Below are positions 9,256 to 18,923 of a DNA stretch of 64,000 nt, piece after piece. Origin of the DNA: Chloroflexota bacterium. Its GTDB lineage: Bacteria > Chloroflexota > Dehalococcoidia > DSTF01 > RBG-16-68-14. The stretch lies in assembly GCA_022565155.1 (NCBI GenBank), contig JADFKB010000001.1, positions 17,170 to 81,169 of the forward strand. Direction: 5' to 3'. Every line of letters begins with the position of its first letter. Position 1 is the stretch's first letter. A program made the position numbers and the translations under genes. Below the pieces are notes generated by a model, which worked only from the letters and a program-made list of their open reading frames with translations, ran no database searches and was not told the DNA's origin.

Positions 9256-11664
9256 TTGACGAAAGTACGCTCCCGGCCCCGCCCTAAGGCGAAGGCCAAC
9301 ACCACCCGCAGCCGGCCCAACGTCGGCCGCCGGCGCAGCAGGCCATCGCCACTGGAGTCTTTGGGCCGCTTCCTGTTTCGGTTGGAGGCGATCGGCATCG
9401 CCCTCGTCGCCCTCGCCGTCATCTCTGTCCTGTGGCTGGTACCGGCGACTCGCGGCGCGACCGACCTTCGCGACGGCTTCGTCCGCACGTTCGGGCTGAT
9501 GGTCTTCGCGATCATCGGTCTGGTGGCATACCTCGGCCTCGCCGTCGTCCGGCGGCGGCTCGACCAGACCTTCGCCAGCTATCGGCCCTGGCTGATCGCG
9601 GCGTTGCTGGCGGCGGTTGTCAGCGGCCTGCTCGGCTTCTTCCGGCCGGACTGGCAGCTCGGCGACGTCACGCTCGCCGACGTCACCGCCGGCGGCGACG
9701 CGGGCCACCTGATGGCCGGCAGCGTTATCGGCATCCTGGTCTGGATCGGCTTTGGCCTGGCCGCCTTCGCGATCATCACGCCCTCCGGCGCTGAGGCGAC
9801 CACACGCAACCTCGGCCGCGGGGCGCGGGCCGTCTGGCGCTGGGGCCTGCCCGCACGCGCCTGGAGATCGGTCTGCGCCCTTACCCAACTGATCTTTCCC
9901 ACGCGCAGGCCGCCTCAGGGCGCGGAGAAAGTGCCGCTGGATAGCGTCATTTGGGCGCAGCAATCAGAGCCAGAGCCGAAGCCGCCGGCCCATCTCACCG
10001 CCGATGCGCCAGCTGCTGATGAAAAGCCGCCGCCGCCCGAAGTCGGCGAGCAAGCGCCGCTGCCGCTGGACGACGAAGAGACCGGCTCGCCGAGGAAGGC
10101 ACACGACGGCTGGCAGCTCCCCGCTGTTGACCTGCTGCGCGATGTCAACCCGCAAGGCGGCCAGCCGGACAACGCCGCCCGCGCGCGGCTGATCGTCGAG
10201 ACGCTGGCGTCGTTTGGCGTCGATGCGCGCGTTATTCAGATAAACGAGGGGCCGACGGTGACGCAGTTCGGAATCGAGCCGGGTTGGGAGATAAAGACGC
10301 GGCGCGTGCCGGAGCGAGACGGTGCGGGCAGGCCGTTGCTGGACCGCGACGGCCAACCAAAAGTCAAGCTGGAGGAGACATCGCGGACGCGGGTGCGGGT
10401 GAACCAGATCACATCGCTCTCGAACGACCTGGCGCTGGCGCTCGCCGCGCCGTCGCTGCGGCTCGAATCGCCGGTGCCGGGCAAGCCGTTCGTCGGCATC
10501 GAAGTGCCGAACCACACCGCGGCGCTGGTCACCCTACGCAGCGTCATCGAATCGCGGCAGTTCAAGCGCCTCTCGGCTCGTTCGCGCCTGACGCTGGCGT
10601 TGGGACAGAGCGTCGCGGGAGAGCCCAGCGTGGCGGACCTGGCGAAGATGCCGCATCTGCTGATCGCGGGCGCTACGGGCAGCGGCAAGAGCGTCTGCAT
10701 CAACGCGATCATCGCCTGTATCTTGATGCACGCCTCGCCGGAGGAGGTGCGATTCGTCATGATCGACCCGAAGCGGGTGGAGCTGGCGCAGTTCGCGGCG
10801 ATCCCGCACCTCGCCTTCTCCTCTATCATCACGGAGATAGACCAGGTCGTCGGCACGCTGCAGGCCATCATCCATGAGATGGAGAGCCGCTACCGCCGGT
10901 TCGCCCAGCTCGGCGTACGCAACATCGAAACGTACAACAGCCATGAGAGCTGCCCCAGCCAGCTCCCGTACTGGGTCGTCATCATCGACGAGCTGGCCGA
11001 CCTGATGATGGCGGCGCCGTACGAGGTGGAACGGCAGCTCTGCCGGCTGGCCCAGCTCGCGCGGGCGACGGGCATCCACCTGATCGTCGCCACGCAGCGG
11101 CCGTCGGTCGATGTCGTCACCGGGCTGATCAAGGCGAACTTCCCCACGCGCATCGCCTTCGCCATGAGCTCCCAGGTCGACTCGCGCACGATCCTCGACT
11201 CCGCCGGCGCAGAGAAGCTGCTCGGCCGCGGGGACATGCTCTTCATGCCAACCGACGCCGCCAAGCCGCGCCGGCTGCAGGGCGTCTTCGTCTCCGACCA
11301 AGAGGTGGAGCAGCTCGTCCAGTTCTGGACACAAGATCGCTTCCAGAACGTGGAGCGCGAGGTCTTCGACAGCTTGCTAGATGAGGCGAAGGACGCGATT
11401 GTCGAGGCCGAGGGGGAAGCTGACCCGATGCTGAGCCGCGCGATCGAACTGGCGCGCGAGCATCGCACGATCAGCACATCGATGCTCCAGCGGCGGCTGC
11501 GCATCGGCTACCCCAGGGCGGCGCGGGTGATGGACGACTTAGAGGAGCGCGGCATCGTCGGCCCGGCGGAGGGCCAGGGCAGCCGCGAGGTGCTGATCGA
11601 TGACAACACGAGCGAGGACGAGGCGCCTGCGGACGAGGCGGCGCAAAAGCAGCTACAGGTCTAG
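9256..11664 (+). CDS. ftsK: DNA translocase FtsK/SpoIIIE
   Basis: N-terminal TM region, PHLLIAGATGSGKS, IDELADLM, ATQRPS, gamma domain LQRRLRIGYPRAAR; TTG start after GAGGT inferred. Confidence 0.93.
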   Translation: MTKVRSRPRPKAKANTTRSRPNVGRRRSRPSPLESLGRFLFRLEAIGIALVALAVISVLWLVPATRGATDLRDGFVRTFGLMVFAIIGLVAYLGLAVVRRRLDQTFASYRPWLIAALLAAVVSGLLGFFRPDWQLGDVTLADVTAGGDAGHLMAGSVIGILVWIGFGLAAFAIITPSGAEATTRNLGRGARAVWRWGLPARAWRSVCALTQLIFPTRRPPQGAEKVPLDSVIWAQQSEPEPKPPAHLTADAPAADEKPPPPEVGEQAPLPLDDEETGSPRKAHDGWQLPAVDLLRDVNPQGGQPDNAARARLIVETLASFGVDARVIQINEGPTVTQFGIEPGWEIKTRRVPERDGAGRPLLDRDGQPKVKLEETSRTRVRVNQITSLSNDLALALAAPSLRLESPVPGKPFVGIEVPNHTAALVTLRSVIESRQFKRLSARSRLTLALGQSVAGEPSVADLAKMPHLLIAGATGSGKSVCINAIIACILMHASPEEVRFVMIDPKRVELAQFAAIPHLAFSSIITEIDQVVGTLQAIIHEMESRYRRFAQLGVRNIETYNSHESCPSQLPYWVVIIDELADLMMAAPYEVERQLCRLAQLARATGIHLIVATQRPSVDVVTGLIKANFPTRIAFAMSSQVDSRTILDSAGAEKLLGRGDMLFMPTDAAKPRRLQGVFVSDQEVEQLVQFWTQDRFQNVEREVFDSLLDEAKDAIVEAEGEADPMLSRAIELAREHRTISTSMLQRRLRIGYPRAARVMDDLEERGIVGPAEGQGSREVLIDDNTSEDEAPADEAAQKQLQV

Positions 11665-11753
11665 AACCATCTAACTCATCGTTCTCCAGTGTGAAGCTGC
11701 CCCGCCCCGTCGCCGGCGACGGAAGGCGGCTTAGCGAGGTGTATACTAACGCT

Positions 11754-11950
11754 GCCTCGTGGCCTTGCATCGCGCTTTGATCCACCTCGGCATTCGGTCG
11801 ATCACCCCGCTGGATAGGCCGTGCACGCGGCCGAGAAGAGTTGGGGTTTTCCTATTCCCTCGGCTTGATCAACGACACCCTCGGCGTCATCCTGCAACAC
11901 GGTCACTCAGGTAACTAAACGAAGCTTCCAGCAAGAGTCACACGGAGCGT
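11754..11950 (+). ncRNA. Candidate structured ncRNA, 6S (SsrS)-like
   Basis: TATACT -10 element at 11742-11747, terminal pairing 11759-11768 with 11931-11941, nested stems, strong terminator hairpin after, no credible ORF. Confidence 0.45.
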
Positions 11951-11953
11951 CTC

Positions 11954-11984
11954 AAGGAGCGCCTCGATTATCGAGGCGCTCCTT
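11954..11984 (+). terminator. Intrinsic terminator hairpin
   Basis: AAGGAGCGCCTCGAT-T-ATCGAGGCGCTCCTT inverted repeat. Confidence 0.75.
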
Positions 11985-12062
11985 CGTATCGGTGGGCTGA
12001 TAGACCTCCAGACCTGCGATTAGGTATAATCGCTTGGAGCCGCGTTCCAAGGCACAGCTCCT

Positions 12063-13721
12063 ATGCCCAACCTGCCGTTACGACCAGCCATCATCGCAGC
12101 GCTAGCAGCCGTCCTGATCCTGGCTGGCACGTTGGGCGATGGCCGCGCGCCGGCTGTCTCCGCCGGGCCGTCCGTCCAGCCGCAGGTGTACCAGGCGATC
12201 GCCCGCCAGCCGGAGATAGACGTCATCGTCACGCTGCAAGCGCCGCCAGCGTTGGCCTCATCGCCAAGCGACTTGCGCGCCATCCGGTTTCAGGTCGCGT
12301 CGCGCCAGGCCCAGGTACTCGCCGGCCTGCCCGCGGGCGGCCTCGCGCTCAAGTATCGCTACGCGGCCGTGCCGGCGCTCGCCGGCCGCATCACGGCCGC
12401 GGGACTGGCGGCGCTGAGCCAACGGCCGGATGTAATCGAGATCGCATTGGATGGTGAAGGCGTCGCCGCGACGACACAGAGCGCCGCGCTGATCCACGCC
12501 GATGAGGTGCATGCGAGCGGCCTCACCGGCGCTGGCGTCGTCGTCGCGGTGTTGGACAGCGGCATCGATACAGACCACCCTGACCTGGCAGGAGACGTTC
12601 TCTACGAAGTCTGCTTCCTAAAGCTCGAAGCGTGCCCGGAGGCTCCCCATCCGGCCGAGGACAACTTCGGCCACGGCACCAACGTCGCCGGCATCATCAC
12701 CGGCGACGGCCAAGTCGCGCCACTAGGTATCGCGCCCGACGCCAAACTGGCGGTCTATAAGATCTTGGCCAGCAACGGCTCCGGCCGCTTTTCCGACTGG
12801 ATCGCGGCGCTGGACGACATCATCGCCAACCACCCGGAGGTCGATATCGTCAACATGAGCCTGCAGAGCGGCAACGCCTGTCCGCTGGCCGCCATGGCCG
12901 CCGCCATCTCCATCCTCCGGGACAGCGGCGTGCCCACCTTCATCGCAGCAGGAAACCACGGCATCAAGGATGCGCTGGCGATTCCTGCCTGTCTCGGAGC
13001 GGCGATCAGCGTCGGCGCGACGTACGATGGCGACAACGGCCGGGTAGACGGCTGGAAGGTCGACTGCACGGACGAAACGACCAGCGCCGACCAGGTAGCC
13101 TGTTGGTCCGACTCCGACGCCACGTTGGATCTTCTGGCGCCGGGGGCCAGCATCACATCCACGAGGGCCGGCGGCGGCGCGATCACGTTCAACGGCACGT
13201 CGCAAGCGGCGCCGCACGCCGCCGCCGTCGCCGCGCTGGTGCTGCAGGCGTTCCCTGATCTCAGTGTTGACGATCTGGAAGCGCGGCTGAAGTCGACGGG
13301 GAAGCCGGTGACCGACGACCTGCGCGACAACGACCCAAGCACGAACCGCACCACGCCGCGTATCGACGCCCGCGTCGCGCTCCTCGCAGACGGCGACGAC
13401 ACGGATGGCGACGGCTGCACCAACGGGGAAGAGTACGGGCCGGACCCGCGGCGCGGTGGCCAGCGCAACCCGCTGAATCCCTGGGACTTCTACGATGTGA
13501 ACGGGGACGGCGTCGTTAACATCTTCGACGATATCCTTGCCGTGATCGCCGCAGCCGGGCCGGATACTGGACCGGCGTACCAGCCGGAGCTCGATCGGTC
13601 GCCCGCCGCTGCCGATACCGCGCCGTGGCAGCAGGGCCCGCCCGACGGCACGATCGACCTCATGACCGACATCCTCGGCGTCGTTTCGCAGTTCGGCCAT
13701 CGTTGTGCTGGGCCGCAGTAG
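12063..13721 (+). CDS. Secreted S8 (subtilisin-like) peptidase with Chloroflexi 'flexitail'-type/dockerin-like C-terminal domain
   Basis: Signal peptide, VAVLDSG / HGTNVAG / GTSQAAPH triad; tail DTDGDGC...NPWDFYDVNGDG...DGTIDLMTDILGVVSQFGHRC. Confidence 0.88.
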   Translation: MPNLPLRPAIIAALAAVLILAGTLGDGRAPAVSAGPSVQPQVYQAIARQPEIDVIVTLQAPPALASSPSDLRAIRFQVASRQAQVLAGLPAGGLALKYRYAAVPALAGRITAAGLAALSQRPDVIEIALDGEGVAATTQSAALIHADEVHASGLTGAGVVVAVLDSGIDTDHPDLAGDVLYEVCFLKLEACPEAPHPAEDNFGHGTNVAGIITGDGQVAPLGIAPDAKLAVYKILASNGSGRFSDWIAALDDIIANHPEVDIVNMSLQSGNACPLAAMAAAISILRDSGVPTFIAAGNHGIKDALAIPACLGAAISVGATYDGDNGRVDGWKVDCTDETTSADQVACWSDSDATLDLLAPGASITSTRAGGGAITFNGTSQAAPHAAAVAALVLQAFPDLSVDDLEARLKSTGKPVTDDLRDNDPSTNRTTPRIDARVALLADGDDTDGDGCTNGEEYGPDPRRGGQRNPLNPWDFYDVNGDGVVNIFDDILAVIAAAGPDTGPAYQPELDRSPAAADTAPWQQGPPDGTIDLMTDILGVVSQFGHRCAGPQ

Positions 13722-13764
13722 GCCGGTGCGACCGGCCGTTCGATTCGCGTAGTATCGTAGATAT

Positions 13765-15345
13765 ATGGCAACGATCCTGCACCCCAGCATCCGCGCCGCG
13801 TTAGGTTGGTCGCTGCTCCTAGTCGCCGCTGGCGCAGCCGTTGTGTTCATAGGCAACGCGCGAAGCGCGGACGGCGCAGGTACGTCCTTCGGCGTTGCGG
13901 GACAGCCGGAGTTCGAACGCGGTACCCTCAGCCTGACGATTCAAGGGCCGACATCGCTGGCTTTCGGGCCGGACGGCCGCCTGTACGTTGCGTCAGAGAC
14001 GAAGATCGTCGCATTGACGCTCGATGCGGGCACGAACTCCGTTCTCGCTACGGAGCAGATCGCCACCGGCCTCGGAGGCGTGCTCGGCATCGCCTTCGAC
14101 CCGACAGCCACGACGCTCGCCCTCTACGCCTCCCGCCAGGAGCCGGGCGCGACGCCGGGGTACCAGGGCGCCGTCAGCGTCTTCACCGCCCCCGACTGGG
14201 AACGAACCGACGTAATCACCGGCCTGCCCAGCTCCGCGCCGCTGCTCAACCACCTCACGAACGGCCTCGCGTTCGATGCTGCGGGCAGGCTCTTCATCGC
14301 CCAGGGATCGAATACGGACGCGGGCATCCCCGATCCGCCCGGCAAGGAGCTCTACTGGCCGGAATCGCCGCTCTCGGCCGCGATTCTCGTCGCCGACATC
14401 CATGCGCCCGGCTTCGACGGTACCCTCACGTACGACCCGGCGGGGGAACCTGTCGACCACAACGTCGACCTGATTAGCGGCGATGTCGCCGTCTACGCGC
14501 CCGGTCTGCGCAATGCGTACGATCTGGTGCTGCACAGCAACGGCCACATCTACGCGACGGAGAATGGCGCGCTCGGGCAGAGCGTATCGCTCTCATGCAC
14601 GGAGGACGGCGGCAACAGCAGCACCGCCGACGAGCTGAACCTCATCGAAGAGGGGAGCTACTACGGCTTCCCCAACCGCAACCGGGGCCGCTTCGACGCT
14701 CGCCAGTGCACGTATCGCCCGCCGGAGGAGGCGAGCGGCACCGGCTACACCGCGCCGATCGCTGTTTTGCCGAACCACTGCTCCTGCGACGGCATCGCGG
14801 AGTACACCGCCGCGGCGTTCGACGGCGCGATGCTAGGCGATCTGATCTACGTAGAGCTGATCCGGGGCAACGTCACGCGCGCCGTGCTGTCGCCGGACGG
14901 CCGCTCCGTGCTGCAAACGGCGACGCTGGCCGGCGAACTCGATTGGCCGCTGGACGTTACGGTGCGAGCGGATGGAACGATCTTCATCGCCGAGTTCCGC
15001 GGCAACCAGATCACCTACCTCGCGCCTCTGCCCGGCGCAGAGCCGTCAGCAACGGTCACGGCCACACCGGTCGCGCCGCCGCGCGCCACCGCCACATCGA
15101 CGCCAGCGCCAACGGCGTCGCCTACCCCGGCGGCCACGCCCACACCGCCGCCGGCCGCTCCCGCCGGCGATGCGGACTGCAGCGGACTGGTGAACAGCAT
15201 CGACGCGGCGTTTGTCCTGCAACTGGTGGCGGGGCTGATCGGCACGGTGCCCTGTCCGCTGGCGGCCGATACGAACGGCAGCGGCGAAATCGACGCCATC
15301 GACGCCACGCTAATCCTGCAGATCGACGCCGGGCTGCTCGTCTAG
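13765..15345 (+). CDS. Secreted PQQ-dependent sugar-dehydrogenase-like beta-propeller with Pro/Thr linker and C-terminal dockerin
   Basis: FGPDGRLYV, GLRNAY, YYGFP; PT-rich linker; GDADCSGLVNSIDA...ADTNGSGEIDAIDATLILQ. Confidence 0.8.
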   Translation: MATILHPSIRAALGWSLLLVAAGAAVVFIGNARSADGAGTSFGVAGQPEFERGTLSLTIQGPTSLAFGPDGRLYVASETKIVALTLDAGTNSVLATEQIATGLGGVLGIAFDPTATTLALYASRQEPGATPGYQGAVSVFTAPDWERTDVITGLPSSAPLLNHLTNGLAFDAAGRLFIAQGSNTDAGIPDPPGKELYWPESPLSAAILVADIHAPGFDGTLTYDPAGEPVDHNVDLISGDVAVYAPGLRNAYDLVLHSNGHIYATENGALGQSVSLSCTEDGGNSSTADELNLIEEGSYYGFPNRNRGRFDARQCTYRPPEEASGTGYTAPIAVLPNHCSCDGIAEYTAAAFDGAMLGDLIYVELIRGNVTRAVLSPDGRSVLQTATLAGELDWPLDVTVRADGTIFIAEFRGNQITYLAPLPGAEPSATVTATPVAPPRATATSTPAPTASPTPAATPTPPPAAPAGDADCSGLVNSIDAAFVLQLVAGLIGTVPCPLAADTNGSGEIDAIDATLILQIDAGLLV

Positions 15346-16736
15346 CCGGCCTGGACGCCGGACATCCCGGGCGGGGCACCCATACGCGCCCCGCCGCCGA
15401 CCCGGTCGCCGGCCTCTGCCTGCTCCCGCCCCGCTTCTAGGTCACGATCCAAGGTGCGGAAGGCGGACATCGCGTTGAAGAGGATTACCACCGCAACCAC
15501 GGAGAGCAACCCGCCAACGACAACGACTCCCCGCACACCGTACGCCTCCGCCGCCACGCCGGCGGGAACTGCGCCCAGCGGCATCAGGCCGAAGGTCATC
15601 ATCATCACGCTCATCACCCGGCCGCGCATCTCTTCGGGAATGACGAGCTGGATCGCTGTGTTGTTCACCGTCATAAACACCATCGATCCGAAGCCGACAC
15701 AGCCGAGGAAGAACAGCGCGAGGTAGAACGACGGCGACAAGGCGAACAGCACCAGGAACGCGCCGAAGCCGATCGCGCCGCCGAGCAGCAGCCGCGCCTT
15801 CTTGGGATAGGCATCGAGGTTGGCGATGATCAGCGCGCCGATCAGGCCGCCGACACCGGTGGCCGCCTGCATCACACCGAAGCCACTCGATCCGACGTCC
15901 CAGACCCGATTCGCGAAGACGGGCATCAATATCATGTACGGCATAGCGAGGATCATGGGCACCGTGGCGAAGAGGATCAGCGCTACCAGCACTGAGGAGC
16001 GTTTGATGTAGGAGAAACCGCCGACGAAGTCCTCGAAGAACGTGAACTCGCGTTCGCGATTCGGCGGCATCGGCGGCAGGGCGGCCGTGACGGCGACGGC
16101 GCCGACGTAGAAGCCCGTCGTAATAAAGTACGCGCCGCCGATGCCGATCAGCGGCACGAGCAGCCCGGCCAGCGCCGGGCCGAGGATTCGGCTGATGTTC
16201 ATGGTGGCGGTGCTTAGCGCCATGGCGTTCATCAGCTTCTCGCGCGGCACCAGCGTCGCCACCAGCGCCTGTCGCGCCGGCATGTTGAATGCGAACGACG
16301 CGCCGGTCAGTGACGACGCGATCAGCAGGTGCCAGAATTCGATGGTGTCCGTGATGATCAGCACCCCGACCACCGTATTCATGACCACGAGGCTCGTCTG
16401 CGCGACAAGCAGCAGCTTCCGCCTATCCATACGGTCGGTGACGACGCCAGCGATGGGTGAGAGCAGCAGCATCGGCACGGCCACCGCCGCCATCAGGAAG
16501 CCGAGGTAGGCAGCGTTGTGCCACTTGTCTTCGACCAGCCAACCCCGCAGGATGATCATCATGTTCATCCCGAAGAAGAAGCCGATGTTGCCGATGAAGA
16601 GGTTGACGAAGTCGCGGTTGCCGGACAGCGAGGAGAACGTCTGCCGCCAGCCCCGGGACGCAGCCTGGCGCGGCGGGCCGCCGTCTAGGCTGCGCGGTTC
16701 GCTCTCGGAAGTGGGCGTGGGGTCTCCGTTAGGCAT
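15342..16736 (-). CDS. MFS transporter
   Basis: Multi-TM pattern, GVVTDRMDRRK, MRGRVMS; start at 16736 inferred. Confidence 0.88.
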   Translation of the reverse strand: MPNGDPTPTSESEPRSLDGGPPRQAASRGWRQTFSSLSGNRDFVNLFIGNIGFFFGMNMMIILRGWLVEDKWHNAAYLGFLMAAVAVPMLLLSPIAGVVTDRMDRRKLLLVAQTSLVVMNTVVGVLIITDTIEFWHLLIASSLTGASFAFNMPARQALVATLVPREKLMNAMALSTATMNISRILGPALAGLLVPLIGIGGAYFITTGFYVGAVAVTAALPPMPPNREREFTFFEDFVGGFSYIKRSSVLVALILFATVPMILAMPYMILMPVFANRVWDVGSSGFGVMQAATGVGGLIGALIIANLDAYPKKARLLLGGAIGFGAFLVLFALSPSFYLALFFLGCVGFGSMVFMTVNNTAIQLVIPEEMRGRVMSVMMMTFGLMPLGAVPAGVAAEAYGVRGVVVVGGLLSVVAVVILFNAMSAFRTLDRDLEAGREQAEAGDRVGGGARMGAPPGMSGVQAG

Positions 16737-16803
16737 CCTTACGGAATCGTAGGAGATATCTAACGTCCACGTCAAGGTTAGGGCTGTGGCCGGAACAACT
16801 CGA

Positions 16804-18138
16804 TCAGCTCGCCGCGGTGGACTCCAGTGCGGCCTGCTCCCGCTCGCGCAGGCGGCGATAGCCCGGAAGCAGAAGCACGATCGCCAGCAGCATCAGCGCC
16901 AGCAGCGCGCCGACTCCGGCTATCATCGTCTGAACACCCCGAGCGTCTGCCAGGACGCTCTCCGGCAGAAACACGAACGGCATGATCGACCAGCTAAGCA
17001 TGTAGACGCTCATCACCCGCCCGTAGTACCGCGGGTCCGTGCTGCCGAGAATCATCGTGTTGTTCAGCGCCCAGTAGCCGTTCGAGGTGAACCCGACGAC
17101 AAGCAGCGCCGCCAGACCGAGCGACAAGTTCGGCATCAGCGCGAAGAGGATGAGCGACAAACCGAAACCGATACCGCCTATTATCTGGATCAGCGATCGC
17201 CTGGACGTATTGGTGAGTGACGCAACGCCGAGCGAACCCACCAGCGCCCCAACAGCCATGAAGGCCCCCATCATGCCCAACCCAACCGGCCCGACGCCAT
17301 ACACCTCCTCTTGGAACACAGGGAAGAACATCCGATACGGCATCCCCAACACGATTGGCACGAACCCCATCAGCAGCAGGATCGGCAGCACCTTATGGTC
17401 CCGGATGTACCGCAGGCCATCGACCAGTTCGCGGAACGGATGCGCCCGTTCGCGATCTCGCGACGGCTCTCCGCCGGGAATGCGAGCGATGAGCAGCGCC
17501 GCCACCGCGAAGCAGGCCGCCATCAGATAGTAGACGCCGGTGATGCCGATGAACGGGACGGCGATGAGGCCGCCCGCCACGGCCGGCCCGATGATGCCTG
17601 TCGACGTGAAGGCGGAGCTATTCAGCGCGACGGCGTTCATCAGCTTCTCTTCCCCTACCAGCTCCGGGATCCAGGCCTGCCGCGCCGGCACGTTGAACGC
17701 GAAGACGGTACCCGTGACGAGCGCGAGCACGAAGATGTGCCAGACGGCGATCACATCGGTCTGGATCAGCACGGCCGTCACCAGCGAGTTCACGACCATC
17801 GTCAACTGGCTGCCGGCGATCAGCCATCGCTTGTGCAGCCGGTCCGCCGCGACGCCGCCGATCAGCGTGAAGCAGAGTTGGGGTATCCCCCAGCCCAGGC
17901 CGACGATGCCGAGCGACGTCGCCGTTCCTGTCAGCTTGAACGTCAGGAAGCCCTGGGCCGTAATCATCATCTGGATGGCGCTAAAGGAGAAGAGCATGCT
18001 GATCCACAGCACGCGGAAGTGGGGGATTCGGAGCGACGAGAAGGTTCGCTTCCAACCTTCGCCCGAGATCTCCGGCCCTAGCTGCGTACTGGAAGCGCCC
18101 GCATGGGCCTGCGTCGGCGAATGCTGCGGTGACTTCAT
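16804..18138 (-). CDS. MFS transporter (paralog of the downstream gene)
   Basis: GVAADRLHKR, AFNVPARQA, YYGRVMS; start inferred. Confidence 0.88.
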   Translation of the reverse strand: MKSPQHSPTQAHAGASSTQLGPEISGEGWKRTFSSLRIPHFRVLWISMLFSFSAIQMMITAQGFLTFKLTGTATSLGIVGLGWGIPQLCFTLIGGVAADRLHKRWLIAGSQLTMVVNSLVTAVLIQTDVIAVWHIFVLALVTGTVFAFNVPARQAWIPELVGEEKLMNAVALNSSAFTSTGIIGPAVAGGLIAVPFIGITGVYYLMAACFAVAALLIARIPGGEPSRDRERAHPFRELVDGLRYIRDHKVLPILLLMGFVPIVLGMPYRMFFPVFQEEVYGVGPVGLGMMGAFMAVGALVGSLGVASLTNTSRRSLIQIIGGIGFGLSLILFALMPNLSLGLAALLVVGFTSNGYWALNNTMILGSTDPRYYGRVMSVYMLSWSIMPFVFLPESVLADARGVQTMIAGVGALLALMLLAIVLLLPGYRRLREREQAALESTAAS

Positions 18139-18287
18139 CTGGTAGCGAGCGGGGAACCTATCTCCATGCACCTTAGCGCTCGCTCACGGCTATCGTCAAC
18201 GGCGGGGCGCAGCAGGCTCCCCGCATCTATGCTCCCGCCCATACGCGTGATATAATCGCGCAGTAACTTCGCAAGAAGAGAGGCATT

Positions 18288-18851
18288 ATGTTCGATAGCT
18301 GGGAATCGACCGTCGCGGTGGTCGTCGTCATCCTGATCGCCTACGCGGTCGTCCTGTCCATCGGAGCGATCTACTGGACGTACCGGGACGTACGCGGCCG
18401 CACGCGGGACGGCTGGGCGCAAGCCGTCTCGGTGCTGCTGGTAGCCATCTTCAACATGCCGGGCCTCTTGCTCTACCTGATCCTGCGCCCCCACGAAACG
18501 CTGAACGAAGCCTACGAGCGCAGATTGGAGGCAGAGGTGCTGATGCGCGAGATGCCGGAGGAGCGTCCCGCCTGCCCCGGTTGCCAGCGCCCGATCAGCG
18601 AGGAGTTCATCGTCTGTCCGCAGTGCCGCACCAAGCTGCGCCAGCCCTGCGCGAGCTGCGGCCGGCCGCTGGACCTAAACTGGACGGCCTGTCCCTACTG
18701 CGCCACTCCCAGCGCCCGCGCTGAGACATCTCCGCCAGCATCTTCCGCTGCCCAAGACGGCCCGCCGCCGCCAGCCGAAGAGCCGACGGCAGCGACCTCT
18801 ACGAGCAGCATCTCAGCGAAGAGCCCCACGCCCTCCGCCGCCAAAGAGTAG
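18288..18851 (+). CDS. Membrane protein with double zinc ribbon
   Basis: N-terminal TMs ending LYLILRP, then CPGC, CPQC, CASC, CPYC. Confidence 0.82.
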   Translation: MFDSWESTVAVVVVILIAYAVVLSIGAIYWTYRDVRGRTRDGWAQAVSVLLVAIFNMPGLLLYLILRPHETLNEAYERRLEAEVLMREMPEERPACPGCQRPISEEFIVCPQCRTKLRQPCASCGRPLDLNWTACPYCATPSARAETSPPASSAAQDGPPPPAEEPTAATSTSSISAKSPTPSAAKE

Positions 18852-18923
18852 CGTACGCTCTGCTCGCTACGGCTACTCGGCGAGCGCTGCACCGTTCACG
18901 CGTAGATGCGCGAGCGAGCGCGG

